Shown here in pieces: positions 50,052-60,062 of a DNA stretch of 64,000 nt. Source of the stretch: an uncultured delta proteobacterium (GTDB taxonomy: Bacteria > Myxococcota_A > Polyangia > Polyangiales > Polyangiaceae); the NCBI GenBank assembly GCA_963806225.1, contig CAWDXG010000001.1, positions 1,760,001 through 1,824,000 on the forward strand, read 5' to 3'. The notes under the pieces were generated by a model that was not told where the DNA came from, did not search any database, and was given only the letters and a program-made list of their open reading frames with translations. A program made the translations under genes and the position numbers. Within the stretch, counting starts at the first letter, position 1. Every line of letters begins with the position of its first letter.

Positions 50052-51149
50052 CTAGTTGAGCGACTGCGGCATCGTGATGCGGCGATTGGCGCACTTCGAC
50101 GCGGCCGGCCACTCCTCGAACGAGATCGGCACGGTGGGATATGTCGAGCTGACCCAGACATTGGGGAAGGGGTTCCAGTTCTTGGCGCAGTGCAGGCCGT
50201 CCTTGCCACACTCGCAGGTGGCCACGCCGGGGTGCACCTTGCTCACCTGGAAGTGCAGGTGGATTCCGGTGGAATGCCCCGTCGTGCCCGATACGGCGAG
50301 CGCCTGGCCCTGCGTGACGTGCGCGCCGCAGGTGATGCCGGCCTTCGCGGAGTTGTACCTCAGGTGCATGTAGATGGCCTGCGTGCCGTCGCCGTGATCG
50401 ACGACGATCATGTTGACGTAGTGGCTGTACGTGGAGCTGCCGCCGCCCATGTCGCTCGAGAGCTTCATGTGCGTTATGGTGCCGCCGCGCGCAGCGCGCA
50501 CCACGAAGTGAGTGGTGTTCCCCCAGTCCCAGGCGTACTCGTCCGGGCCGACGTGGTCGGTGCAGCACGAGTCGTTGCAGTCCTGCGTCAGCTTCATCGT
50601 CACGCCGTGCGTCCAGGGCAGGCGGTAGCTCTTCTTGCTGACGGGCAGCTTGCAGTAGTCGTCATATCCAGCGGCGGCGACGACGCAGCCGTTCGAGCAC
50701 TTCTTCGCGCTGGTTGGCGCGCCGGGGCCGTTGCAGTGGTAGAGGGTGTTCTTGTCGGCGTTCAACACCTTGTCGCCGCCGCAGTAGTCGCCGGTCTTGG
50801 CGTTGGCGCCGCACTTCGGTGGCGGGCTGGTGCTCCCGCCGGCACCTGCGGTGCCGCCCGCGCCGCTTCCGCCGGTGCCGCCGCTGGTCGTCCCGCCGCT
50901 CGCGTCGGACCCCGCATCGTTGCCCGCCGCGCCGCCCGCCCAGGGTCCCGCGTCGTAGCCGGCCGCACCACCCGCCCCGGGCCCTGCTTCGTGGCCGGCC
51001 GCACCGCCCTGCGAGCTTCCGCCGTTGCCGCCGCTTGACGCTGCCGCCGCGCCGCCGTCGCCCGAGGAGCAACCCGCGGCCACGACAAGCATGGCGCCGA
51101 ACAGTACGAGAGGTTGCCTTCTGGATATCTGCTTCACGTCGACCTCCAA
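50052..51149 (-). CDS. M23-family metallopeptidase lipoprotein with Cys-rich accessory domain
   Basis: H..AWD, VRAARGG, YMHL, SGTTGHSTGIHLHFQ; lipobox AAGC; start uncertain. Confidence 0.88.
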   Translation of the reverse strand: MEVDVKQISRRQPLVLFGAMLVVAAGCSSGDGGAAAASSGGNGGSSQGGAAGHEAGPGAGGAAGYDAGPWAGGAAGNDAGSDASGGTTSGGTGGSGAGGTAGAGGSTSPPPKCGANAKTGDYCGGDKVLNADKNTLYHCNGPGAPTSAKKCSNGCVVAAAGYDDYCKLPVSKKSYRLPWTHGVTMKLTQDCNDSCCTDHVGPDEYAWDWGNTTHFVVRAARGGTITHMKLSSDMGGGSSTYSHYVNMIVVDHGDGTQAIYMHLRYNSAKAGITCGAHVTQGQALAVSGTTGHSTGIHLHFQVSKVHPGVATCECGKDGLHCAKNWNPFPNVWVSSTYPTVPISFEEWPAASKCANRRITMPQSLN

Positions 51150-51205
51150 CCCCGGAGCGTATCATGTCGTCGTGCTTTCCGCCTCCGTCGGGCCACCGTG
51201 GCCGA

Positions 51206-51844
51206 ATGCGGAAGTTGCTGCTGCTCTGCGCTGCGGTTGTCGCCGGGTCGCTCGTCCCGGTCTTTTCCGGGTGCTCGAACCAGGACCTGAAGAAGAAGGT
51301 CATCGGCAACGACGCTTCGAGCGGCGACGGCTCGGTGGTAGCCGACAGCTGCGATGCCGGCGGCATCTTCAACTACCAGAGCGCGCAGTGCGAGAGCTGC
51401 CCGGCTGTCGGCGACGCGGGCATGCCGGGCGCGTGCCCGCCGGACGGCCCCGTCTACCACTGCAATCTGCTGTGCGGCGACGTGGACGTGTCGAAGAGCA
51501 GCGTCGACGCGACCCACCAGAAGATCACCGTAGCCTTCTCGTACCCGCTCGCGATCACGGGCATCCAGGGCGTCTTCTTCTACATTTCCGCGACCGCCGC
51601 CGACGGGGGCTACCTGGAGGCGGGAGACCAGCAGTACCCGACAAGCCTCGACCACAACGTCCTGACCATGGATCTGTCCAAGATGCCCGCCGCGACGTTT
51701 GCAAGCGCCACGCTGATCTCCGTGAGCGGCATGCAGCTGACCGACGCCTGCGGACGGCTCAATGATCCCGGTCTCGACTTCAGCTTCAGCAAGTCCGGCA
51801 GCACCTGGACGGCCACGTGCGCAGCGTACGACGGCGGGCCGTGA
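51206..51844 (+). CDS. Hypothetical Cys-containing lipoprotein
   Basis: Lipobox FSGC; strong GC3 coding pattern. Confidence 0.7.
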   Translation: MRKLLLLCAAVVAGSLVPVFSGCSNQDLKKKVIGNDASSGDGSVVADSCDAGGIFNYQSAQCESCPAVGDAGMPGACPPDGPVYHCNLLCGDVDVSKSSVDATHQKITVAFSYPLAITGIQGVFFYISATAADGGYLEAGDQQYPTSLDHNVLTMDLSKMPAATFASATLISVSGMQLTDACGRLNDPGLDFSFSKSGSTWTATCAAYDGGP

Positions 51845-51959
51845 GAGGGACGTCGGCGCACGACGGGTCCGCGCAGTTGCCGTAGCCGGCGATCTGTTTC
51901 GGAGCTGGATGGAGAGAGGCGGACGATGGTCTGCCGTGGCCTAGTCGCCATGGCGTGGC

Positions 51960-52580
51960 TCATTGGATCGTCATGGCCGGGTAGACCCCGACCAGCTGCG
52001 TTCCAGCATCAGCACCCGCGTCTGCTCCGCCGTCGGCGTCCGCGGAGACATGGATACCGAGCCGCAGCGTGCCCGGGTGACGGATCTTCAGCTGGAGCCG
52101 GATCCCCTCGGCGAGCACAGGGTCGGCGTTCTGGTGCGGATTGACGAGCTCGATCTTCTCGATGATCGCGGGGGGATCGGTACCTGTGACCTCCACGGCA
52201 TCGAGGTCGGTGGTGCCGAGGTTGTTGATGCTATCGATGTCTGATTTGCCGCACCAATACGCATCGCTGGTCGGTAGAGGCTGTCCGTTGCGGCTCTTGT
52301 CCACGGCCTGCATGCCAAGATTGCCTTCGTAGGTGACCACGCTTCCGGCTGCGGAATGAACCGTAATGACGTTCGTGCAGTACGCGGGTCCTGGGGCAGA
52401 TTGCTGGGTGCATCCGGTGGACAGCACCGTGCCGGACGCGTCCGTGACTTTCCAGCGACGCAGATGTGCAGCCGCGGAGTGGTCATTGTTGTCCTGGCCA
52501 AGCCCCTTCAATCCACCACACGCCACGAGCAGGATGCAGGCGCCTATCATGGCGAGCAGGTTCCGCACCGCACGTCTCAT
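51960..52580 (-). CDS. Hypothetical lipoprotein
   Basis: Lipobox LVAC; GGAGG RBS upstream. Confidence 0.65.
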   Translation of the reverse strand: MRRAVRNLLAMIGACILLVACGGLKGLGQDNNDHSAAAHLRRWKVTDASGTVLSTGCTQQSAPGPAYCTNVITVHSAAGSVVTYEGNLGMQAVDKSRNGQPLPTSDAYWCGKSDIDSINNLGTTDLDAVEVTGTDPPAIIEKIELVNPHQNADPVLAEGIRLQLKIRHPGTLRLGIHVSADADGGADAGADAGTQLVGVYPAMTIQ

Positions 52581-52852
52581 TGCCAGTACACCTCCACCAG
52601 CCCGCCGGCGACATCCGAGGCGCAGTCCGAGCGCTGCGGGGGTTGTCTTTGCATCTGTCCCCGGAGGCTGGCGGAGCAGAGGTCGGGCAGTGCGTCGTGC
52701 GGCTCACCCTTGCCCTGTGGAGCCCCGAGCCCCCGTTCGTTACTCCCATCGCCACCACTACGCTCCCACTCCATGAGGGCCTGCGTCAACCGTGGTGGAA
52801 GCGATGAGCGGCATGACAAGAGCCTGTCCGCCCATTTCCGCATGAGACGCGG

Positions 52853-54049
52853 CTAGGTGGCGGCGGGTGACGGGCGGCGGACGGTGAAGGCGAGGCCGCA
52901 TAGCGCGAACACCGCTAGCACCGCGCCGGTGATGAACGCTGCTGGTGCGCCGAAACCGAGCCAGATCAGGCCGAAAAGAGCGCTGGCGGGCAGGGCGGCG
53001 ATGCCGACGGCGCCGTGGTACCAGCCGAAGGCGGAGCCGCGCAGGTGCGCCGGTGCGAGGTCGGCGACGATGGCGCGCTCCGTCGGTTCGGCAGCGCCGT
53101 AGTAGATTCCGTAGAGAACCAGCAGGACGACCAACGCCGTGGCCGAATGGAACATCGCCATGGCGACGTACACAGCGGAATAGACGACCCAGCCCGCGGC
53201 GAGCAGCTTCTTGCGATCGACGCGGTCCGCGAGGCGGCCGCCTACCAGCACGGCCAGCGTGCGCATCACACTGTGAGCGGACCACGCCAGCGCCACCTGC
53301 TGCTCGTCAAGGCCCGCGTGCGAGAGGCGCAACAGCAGGAAAGTGTCGCTCGAGTTTCCGAGCGTGAAGAGCACGATCACGAGCAGCAGCCGGCGGTAGG
53401 TCGGGCCGAGCTCGCCGAGGCTGGTGCGTGGTGCGGCTTCGCCCGGAGCGCGCAGCGGCGCTTCGGGGATCTGCCGCGGCTTTTCCCGCACGCCGAAGGC
53501 GAGCACGAGGATCACCAGCACGCCGGGAACCGCGGCGGCATAGAACACCTGGCGCGTGGAAAGACCGAAGCCGAGCAGCATCACAGCGGCGAGCGGGCCG
53601 AGCACGGCGCCGGCGTTGTCCATGGCGCGGTGCAGGCCGTAGGCGCGGCCGCGGCGATCGAGCGGCGTCACGTCGGCGATCAGCGCGTCGCGCGGCGAGG
53701 TGCGCACGCCCTTGCCCACGCGGTCGAGCACGCGCAGCCCGAGCACCACCGGCCACACGGCGGCAAAGCCGATCAGCGGGCGCGCGGTGCCGCTGATGGT
53801 GTAGCCGGCGATGACGAGCGGCTTGCGGCGCTTCATCTTGTCGGCGACGCGCCCGGAGACGATCTTGAGCAGTGACGCGGTCGCCTCGGCCGCGCCCTCG
53901 ATGGCGCCGAGAGCGGCGGCACCCGCGCCGAGCAGCGTGGCGAGGAACACCGGCAGCAGCGGATAGATCATTTCGCTGGACAGATCGGTGAGCAGGCTCG
54001 CCGTGCCGAGCACGAGGACCGTGACCGGCAGTCTGCGGCGCTCGCTCAT
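52853..54049 (-). CDS. MFS transporter
   Basis: About 12 TM helices; SLLTDLSSEMIYPLLP, GRVADKMKRRK, DRVGKGVRTSPRDALIAD, GRLADRVDRK. Confidence 0.93.
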   Translation of the reverse strand: MSERRRLPVTVLVLGTASLLTDLSSEMIYPLLPVFLATLLGAGAAALGAIEGAAEATASLLKIVSGRVADKMKRRKPLVIAGYTISGTARPLIGFAAVWPVVLGLRVLDRVGKGVRTSPRDALIADVTPLDRRGRAYGLHRAMDNAGAVLGPLAAVMLLGFGLSTRQVFYAAAVPGVLVILVLAFGVREKPRQIPEAPLRAPGEAAPRTSLGELGPTYRRLLLVIVLFTLGNSSDTFLLLRLSHAGLDEQQVALAWSAHSVMRTLAVLVGGRLADRVDRKKLLAAGWVVYSAVYVAMAMFHSATALVVLLVLYGIYYGAAEPTERAIVADLAPAHLRGSAFGWYHGAVGIAALPASALFGLIWLGFGAPAAFITGAVLAVFALCGLAFTVRRPSPAAT

Positions 54050-54129
54050 CACCGAGCAGGGGAGGGCGGCGCGCGGGGTGCGTCAAGCGCGCGCGGGACA
54101 CACCCCAATCCCGCGCGCGAACCTCGCCG

Positions 54130-55752
54130 CTAGAAGCTCTGCAGATCCTTCGTGACGCCGTCGTCGCCCTTGTTGGCGATGCTGGCGCCACCGCCGAGCC
54201 CGCCCTTCGCGGCGGTGCTCGCCTCGGTGGTGGTGGTGGTGGCGCCGACCAGCGGCACGGTGCCGGTGTAGGCGATGGCGATCGAGTGACCGCCGACGCC
54301 GCCGCCGCCGGGACCGCCGTGGCCCCCCTTGCCGCCGTCGCCGCCGCGGCAGCCGTTGTTGGCCAGGCCGCCGTTGCCGCCGGCCGCACCGGAGCCACCG
54401 TTGCCGCCGATCTGGCCAAGCGCACCCTTGCCGCCGGCTCCGCCCTCGGCGGCCACCAGCTGGCAGTCGGTGAGCACGACATCCGAACCGATCGAGACGA
54501 GCGCGATGCTGGAGCCGCCCGCTCCGCCGCCGGGACCGCCGGTACCACCGCAGCCGCCGCCGCCGCCGCTGCCGCCGGAAGCGCCGACGTTCGCTGTCAA
54601 CTTCGAGCAGACCAGGGAAGCAGTGCCGCCGGGCGCCTGCGCGCCGCCGCCGCCGCCGCCGCCCTGGCCGGGCTTGCCGTCGGTGCCGCTCTTGCCGGAG
54701 ACGCCGGTGACGCCGCTTTCCGTGAGCGTGCCGAGGCCGGTGGCGCTGGGTCTAGGCGTGCCGTTGGCGCCGTCGGCGCCGAGATGGCCGCCGCCATTGT
54801 CGATGGTCTTGCCGACGCTGCAGTCCCAGTTCGAATCTCCCTGTCCGGAACCGAAGCGGCCCTTCCCCAGATCCGGCTGTCCGCTGTCGCCATTCCCTGC
54901 CGTGCTGGTCCCGACTCCGCCGAGGCCGCCCTTCCCCCCGATGCTCGTATCCGCCCCGCACGTCGTGCTCGCCGCCGGCCCGCCCGGATTCGGATTCGCG
55001 TGGCACGCGTCCGAGCCGGGGTTGCCGTCCGTGCCCGTGGTCGCACTCGTCGTGAACGCCGCAGCGTCGAGCCCCGCCGCGCCCTTGCCGGCCGTGAGCA
55101 CCACGCGCACGAGCTCGATCTTCGTCGACGTGTTGACGCTCGCCGCCACGCTGCTGTCGCCGGGGGTGACGGCGTCGCTGCTGGTGAACGCGATGTCCTC
55201 GACGTGAGCACCATCGACCGCGTCGATGCCGAGCGCGGGGCCGTGGGTCGCGTCCTTCACCTCGGTCTTGTCGCCGGTGTACGCCCAGCTGTCGCAGGCG
55301 AAGCCGCCGTACATCTCGATGCCGTTGTTGGCGGCGGTGAGCTTCACGCTCTCGGCGTAGGTGCCGGCGCACGCGAAGAGCCGCTTGCCCGCGGCGGTCG
55401 CCTGTTCGATGCCCTTCTTGAAGGTCTGGTAGGGGTGCTGCTCCGTCCCGTCGCCGGTGTCGTCGCTGCCGCCGGTCGCGTCGATGAAGACGCCGTACTG
55501 GTTGTCGATGGCGCAGGGGTTGTCCTTGGGCGTTCCGGAGGCGTCGCAGGTGCCGCCGTCGCTACCCGCCGCGCCGCCCGTGGCGCCGCTGCCTCCAGAG
55601 CCGCCGGCGTCGGTTCCGGCCGTGCCGCCCTGACCGCCGGTGCCCGCGCCGCCATCCAGTCTGCCGAAAATCCCGCCGGCGCCGCTGCAGCCGGCGAGCG
55701 TGGCAGAGCCCGCAAGTATCCCGATCCCGAACATCAAGCCAAGTGAGCGCAT
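54130..55752 (-). CDS. PGRS-like Gly-rich lipoprotein (DUF1565-like N-terminal motif)
   Basis: Lipobox LAGC; GDGTEQHPYQTFKKGI..CAGTYAE; extensive GGxGG repeats. Confidence 0.8.
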   Translation of the reverse strand: MRSLGLMFGIGILAGSATLAGCSGAGGIFGRLDGGAGTGGQGGTAGTDAGGSGGSGATGGAAGSDGGTCDASGTPKDNPCAIDNQYGVFIDATGGSDDTGDGTEQHPYQTFKKGIEQATAAGKRLFACAGTYAESVKLTAANNGIEMYGGFACDSWAYTGDKTEVKDATHGPALGIDAVDGAHVEDIAFTSSDAVTPGDSSVAASVNTSTKIELVRVVLTAGKGAAGLDAAAFTTSATTGTDGNPGSDACHANPNPGGPAASTTCGADTSIGGKGGLGGVGTSTAGNGDSGQPDLGKGRFGSGQGDSNWDCSVGKTIDNGGGHLGADGANGTPRPSATGLGTLTESGVTGVSGKSGTDGKPGQGGGGGGGAQAPGGTASLVCSKLTANVGASGGSGGGGGCGGTGGPGGGAGGSSIALVSIGSDVVLTDCQLVAAEGGAGGKGALGQIGGNGGSGAAGGNGGLANNGCRGGDGGKGGHGGPGGGGVGGHSIAIAYTGTVPLVGATTTTTEASTAAKGGLGGGASIANKGDDGVTKDLQSF

Positions 55753-55895
55753 GAAGCCTCCCAGTTATCCGCCAGTCTCCCCTGGCTCGTGGACTCACGC
55801 AAGATTTGCGGTATTGCTGGTTGATCTGCAGGCTGCACGGAGCCGTGTTCGTTGCCCCGGCGCGCGTCGCCGCCGCAGCGCGGTATACTTTCTGG

Positions 55896-56708
55896 ATGGA
55901 CTTCGGCGTCTACGCCGCGCAGCCGGACGACGCGCTCGATCTGCTGCAGGGCGCGCTGCTGATCGCACAGGACGAGTACCCGTCGCTCGATCTCCGCGTG
56001 CAGACCGCCCGCATCGATGAGCTGGCGGCGCCACTCCGCAAGACGGGCATCGGTGCTCTGCCCGTCGGCGACCAGATCGCCGCGCTGGCTGCGCATCTGT
56101 TCGAGCGTTGGGGATTCCGCGGCAACGAGCAGGACTACTACGATCCGAGAAACTCGTTCTTGAACGACGTGCTGGACCGCCGCCTCGGCATTCCCATCAC
56201 GCTGGCGATCCTCTACGTCGAGGTCGCGGCGCGCGCGGGAGTGACGGCGCAGGGCGTGGGCTTCCCCGGACATTTCCTGGTGCGGGTCGACGCGCCCGGT
56301 GGGCCGCTGATCGTCGACCCGTTCCGCGGCGGCGGCGTGCTCGACGGGACAGCCCTGAGCGAGCTGCTCGAACGTGGCGGCGGCGGGCGCGACTTCAGCG
56401 ACGCGCTGCTCGAGCCCGCGCCGGTGCGCAAGGTGCTCGTCCGCATGCTGATGAACCTGCGCAGCATCTACGCCTCGCGCGGCGACTATTCGCGGCTGCT
56501 CGTGGTGCTCGACCGCATCGTGGACCTGCTCCCCGGCGCCCCCCGCGAGCTGCGCGACCGCGGGCTGCTCTCCGCGCGCCTCGGGGCGCCCGAGGCCGCC
56601 ATGGACAATCTCCGCCACTATGTGCGCCTCGCCCCCCACGCCGGCGACGTGGCCGAAGTCCGCCGCATCATCGACCAGCTCGAACAAGGTCACGCCGCCG
56701 CGAACTGA
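55896..56708 (+). CDS. SirB1/transglutaminase-like (Transglut_core2) protein with TPR
   Basis: GFRGNEQDYYDPRNSFLNDVLDRRLGIPITL, GVGFPGHFLV, RMLMNL, RDRGL. Confidence 0.9.
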   Translation: MDFGVYAAQPDDALDLLQGALLIAQDEYPSLDLRVQTARIDELAAPLRKTGIGALPVGDQIAALAAHLFERWGFRGNEQDYYDPRNSFLNDVLDRRLGIPITLAILYVEVAARAGVTAQGVGFPGHFLVRVDAPGGPLIVDPFRGGGVLDGTALSELLERGGGGRDFSDALLEPAPVRKVLVRMLMNLRSIYASRGDYSRLLVVLDRIVDLLPGAPRELRDRGLLSARLGAPEAAMDNLRHYVRLAPHAGDVAEVRRIIDQLEQGHAAAN

Positions 56709-56824
56709 CCGCGCGGCTGCCGCAGGGGTTCGACGCGCTGCGGCGCGGGAGCGCCCGGCCGGTCGCTTTCGGCCGTCGGCCCGCCCGGTCCGGCATGGTA
56801 TGCGTGGCTCTGCCCCCCCGTCCC

Positions 56825-59746
56825 ATGCGCCTGACCCTCATCGTCTCGTCGACCTACAAGAAGAGCTCGCAGCTGTCCGGGCTGCCCTCGGCCGGACTGG
56901 ACGCGGAGCTCATGGAGGAGCGCTTCAGCGAACCGGACGCGCGCGCCGTGGTGGAGCAGCTCGCGGCCGGGCCGAAGCTGGAGTCGCAGCTCGAGCAGGT
57001 GCTGGCGAAGCACTGCCGGGAGCCCGAGCAGAGCGCGGTAGTGTTCTACTTCTCGGGACACGTCATGCTGCGCGAAGGCGGCGAGCTCGCGTTGCTGCTC
57101 GATTCGCGGCGCGGCGGTTCGCTGGATCTGTCGCGGGTTGGCGAGCTGCTTCGCAGCGCGGCGGAGGACGTGCTGGCGGTGCTGGACATCGTGCACGCTC
57201 CGGACGAGGAGGACCTGATGGCTTCGGCGACAGTGGTCGCCGCGGTGCGCGACGCGCTCTCGCCGAAGAAGACGGGCATCGGCGTGCTGGTGGGGGCGCG
57301 TCCATCGGACAGCGCCACGCCGTCCGGGCCGTCGCTGTTCACACGGCTGTTCCTGCTCGCGCTGGAGCATCTGACGCCGACCCGTGCGCGCAGCGGAGCG
57401 GTGCGCGCGGGAGCGGTCTACGAGGCGATGCGCGACGAGGAAGAGCGCTTCATGGAAATCCCGGCCGCGGGACACTTCCGCGGCTCGGGCGACTTCGCTC
57501 TGCTGGAGATGCCGAGCATCGTGATCGCAGCGGATGCGTCGGACAGTGTGGAAGTGAGCGCGCCGACCGCGCCGCGGGTGCCGCGCATCGAGCAACGCTC
57601 GTCACATCCGCCGCCGGCAGCGGGCAGACCGCCGGCTTCGTCGCGTCCGCGGCCAGCGGCGGGCACGCCTCCTCAGTCGTCGCGTCCCGGGTCCTCGCCG
57701 GCCGTGACCCTGCGGACGGGCCAGGCGCCGGCGAAAGCCACTCCGCCTCCGAAGCCGCCGCCCTCGTCGAAGCCCGCCGCGTCGCGTCCTCCGCCAAAGG
57801 GGCAGAGCACGGACGAGCTCCTCGACGAGGGGGACGCCGCCGCGGCCGACGGACGCCACGACGAGGCGATTGCCTGCTGGAAGCGCGCGCTGCTCGGTCT
57901 CACCACGCGCCGCAGCGCGCGGCACGCCGAGCTGTACGTGCGCATCGGGCGCGCCAAGCGCGCACTCGGCAGCGACAGCGAGGCCGTGCACAACTTCGAC
58001 AAGGCGCTCGGCGTCGATCCGCTCGATCGCGAGGCATTCTCCGCCGCGGAAGAGCTGCTCGGAGAGCAGAAGGACTGGTCGCGTCTGGATCGGCTGCACC
58101 GCCGCCGCGCCGAAGCACTGCGCTCCGACGAGGAGCGCAGCCAGGTCCACAGGGCACTCGCGTTGATGTGGCTGCGCGACGCGAAAGAGCCGCGCCACGC
58201 GATCAAGCCGCTCGAGAGCTGGCTCGAGCTCAGGCCGGGCGAGATCGACGCGCTCGAGCAGCTCGTGGAGGCGGAGGTCGCGCTGGGCCGGCACGCCGCA
58301 GCCGTGGCGGCGCGCAGAAAGCTGGCCGATGCGCTCGACGGCGACAGCTCGCGGCGGGCGCGTGTGCTGATCGAAGCGGCTCGCGAAGCGGAGGAGCATC
58401 TGCCGGACAAGCAGCAGGCCGTGGAGCTGTGTGAGCAGGCTCTCGAAGCCGACTCGTCTGCGCTCGAGGCGCTCGAGATCGCCGCGCCGCTGCTGGCGAA
58501 GAAGCGCCGCTGGACCGAGCTCGGGGAGCTGTACGAGTCGGTGCTGGAACGCACGCGCGACGCGCAGGTCGCCTGGGATCTGGCGAAGAAGCTCGGCATG
58601 CTGCGCCGCGACGAGCTCGACGATCTGGAGGGCGCGAAGAGCGCGTTCCTGCGAGCGCTCGAGCACGAGCCGGGCGACACGGAGCTCCGCTACTGGACGG
58701 CCGAGCTGTTCGAGGCGGAGGGCGACATCGAGCACGCGGCAGATCAGTTCCGCGCTGCCGCGCGCACCCGGAGCGACGACCCGGACGTCTTCCGTCGCGC
58801 GCTGTGGCTGTTCGAGAAGACGGGCGAGGCGGATTGCGCGTGGTCGGCCGCGAGCGTGCTGGATCTGCTCGGCGAAGCCGACATCAACGAGTCGCTGGTC
58901 GCCGACGCGCATCGTCCGGAGGGGCTGATCGCCGCGCAAGGCACGATCGCCGACCCGGACTGGGAGCTGTTCTACCCGGAGCGCGAGCGCGCGCTGCCGG
59001 CGGTGCTGGAGGCCGTCTCCAGCGCGGCGATCGAGCTGGCGCTCGCCCGGCTCGACAAGGATGGGCGTCTGCCGGAGCTGGATCCGGCGCTCTGCCAGGA
59101 TCCCGGCGGCACCACCACGCTGGCGCGCAGTCTGGTCTGGACGTCGCGGCTGCTCGGCATCGACGCTCCGGCGCTGTATCTGGCCGCGGACCCGCCGCAG
59201 GAGCTGGTCGTCGCGCCGGCGTCCGAGCCGACGACGCTGGTGTCACGCGCTCTGGGCAGCGGGCTCGGACTGCCGGAGCTCGCTTTCATCTGGGGCCGGC
59301 ATCTGGCCCTGTTCCGCCCGGAGCACTACCTGCTGGCGTTCTACCCGTCGCTGCGCGACATCGCCGCGCTGCTGGTCGCGGCGCTTCCGCTCGGCGGACA
59401 CGAGGCGGACGAACCGCTCGAGGGCCGGACCGCGGAAATGTCCGCGGAGCTCGAGGCGAAGCTGGACGCCACGGCGCGCGCGCGGCTGGAAGAGGCCGTC
59501 AGCGGATTCGACACGCGCAACCTGCGCCGGCGCATCGCTGCCTGGATGCGGTCGGTGCTGCTCTCCGGCGGTCGCGCCGGTCTGCTCGCCTGCGGCGATC
59601 TGCATCTGGCCGCGACGCTGCTCGAGCGCTTCCCGCCACCGGGCGGGCTCGACGCGGCGGAAGAGCTCGCCGACCTGCGCGCCTATTCGATCAGCCGACA
59701 GTACGCCGAGCTCCGCGAGCGGCTGGGCGTGGGCGTGCCGGGCTAG
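56825..59746 (+). CDS. Large TPR protein with N-terminal inactive caspase-like (C14) domain and Pro-rich linker
   Basis: VFYFSGHV and VLDIVH (expected SGHG and LDxC), SLFTRLFLLAL; Pro/Ser linker; many TPR-like helices. Confidence 0.75.
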   Translation: MRLTLIVSSTYKKSSQLSGLPSAGLDAELMEERFSEPDARAVVEQLAAGPKLESQLEQVLAKHCREPEQSAVVFYFSGHVMLREGGELALLLDSRRGGSLDLSRVGELLRSAAEDVLAVLDIVHAPDEEDLMASATVVAAVRDALSPKKTGIGVLVGARPSDSATPSGPSLFTRLFLLALEHLTPTRARSGAVRAGAVYEAMRDEEERFMEIPAAGHFRGSGDFALLEMPSIVIAADASDSVEVSAPTAPRVPRIEQRSSHPPPAAGRPPASSRPRPAAGTPPQSSRPGSSPAVTLRTGQAPAKATPPPKPPPSSKPAASRPPPKGQSTDELLDEGDAAAADGRHDEAIACWKRALLGLTTRRSARHAELYVRIGRAKRALGSDSEAVHNFDKALGVDPLDREAFSAAEELLGEQKDWSRLDRLHRRRAEALRSDEERSQVHRALALMWLRDAKEPRHAIKPLESWLELRPGEIDALEQLVEAEVALGRHAAAVAARRKLADALDGDSSRRARVLIEAAREAEEHLPDKQQAVELCEQALEADSSALEALEIAAPLLAKKRRWTELGELYESVLERTRDAQVAWDLAKKLGMLRRDELDDLEGAKSAFLRALEHEPGDTELRYWTAELFEAEGDIEHAADQFRAAARTRSDDPDVFRRALWLFEKTGEADCAWSAASVLDLLGEADINESLVADAHRPEGLIAAQGTIADPDWELFYPERERALPAVLEAVSSAAIELALARLDKDGRLPELDPALCQDPGGTTTLARSLVWTSRLLGIDAPALYLAADPPQELVVAPASEPTTLVSRALGSGLGLPELAFIWGRHLALFRPEHYLLAFYPSLRDIAALLVAALPLGGHEADEPLEGRTAEMSAELEAKLDATARARLEEAVSGFDTRNLRRRIAAWMRSVLLSGGRAGLLACGDLHLAATLLERFPPPGGLDAAEELADLRAYSISRQYAELRERLGVGVPG

Positions 59747-59771
59747 CCCGGCGCGGAGCGCGTCCTCGGGG

Positions 59772-60059
59772 CTACTGCTTTTCGCACTGGTACGCGCCCA
59801 CCAGATAGAACTGGCGGTGGCACTTCACCGTCGCGGCCGTCTGGTGCTTGATGCTCGTCTGGAACGTGAAGGTCTGGAACAGCGGATTGCGTTCCATGCG
59901 CGTCATCTTCACCGCGCAGGTCGTCCCACCGCAGGCCACCGTTTGTGCCTGTCCGATCAACGCGGTGTTGTCCTCGAAGACATTGAGCAGGCCGAACGCG
60001 GTCACGGCGATCAGCACGATACTAACGATGGGGCGGATGATGCGGCGGCCGTCAGCCAT
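59772..60059 (-). CDS. Small membrane-anchored hypothetical protein with four Cys
   Basis: N-terminal TM; co-oriented 3 bp after the methyltransferase stop. Confidence 0.7.
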   Translation of the reverse strand: MADGRRIIRPIVSIVLIAVTAFGLLNVFEDNTALIGQAQTVACGGTTCAVKMTRMERNPLFQTFTFQTSIKHQTAATVKCHRQFYLVGAYQCEKQ

Positions 60060-60062
60060 GGG

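Noticed and set aside
52581..52852. Short ORFs or possible gene remnant with a CPTSAPPASGDRC motif
   Set aside because: No convincing start, RBS or intact frame; cannot be told from intergenic sequence without a search.
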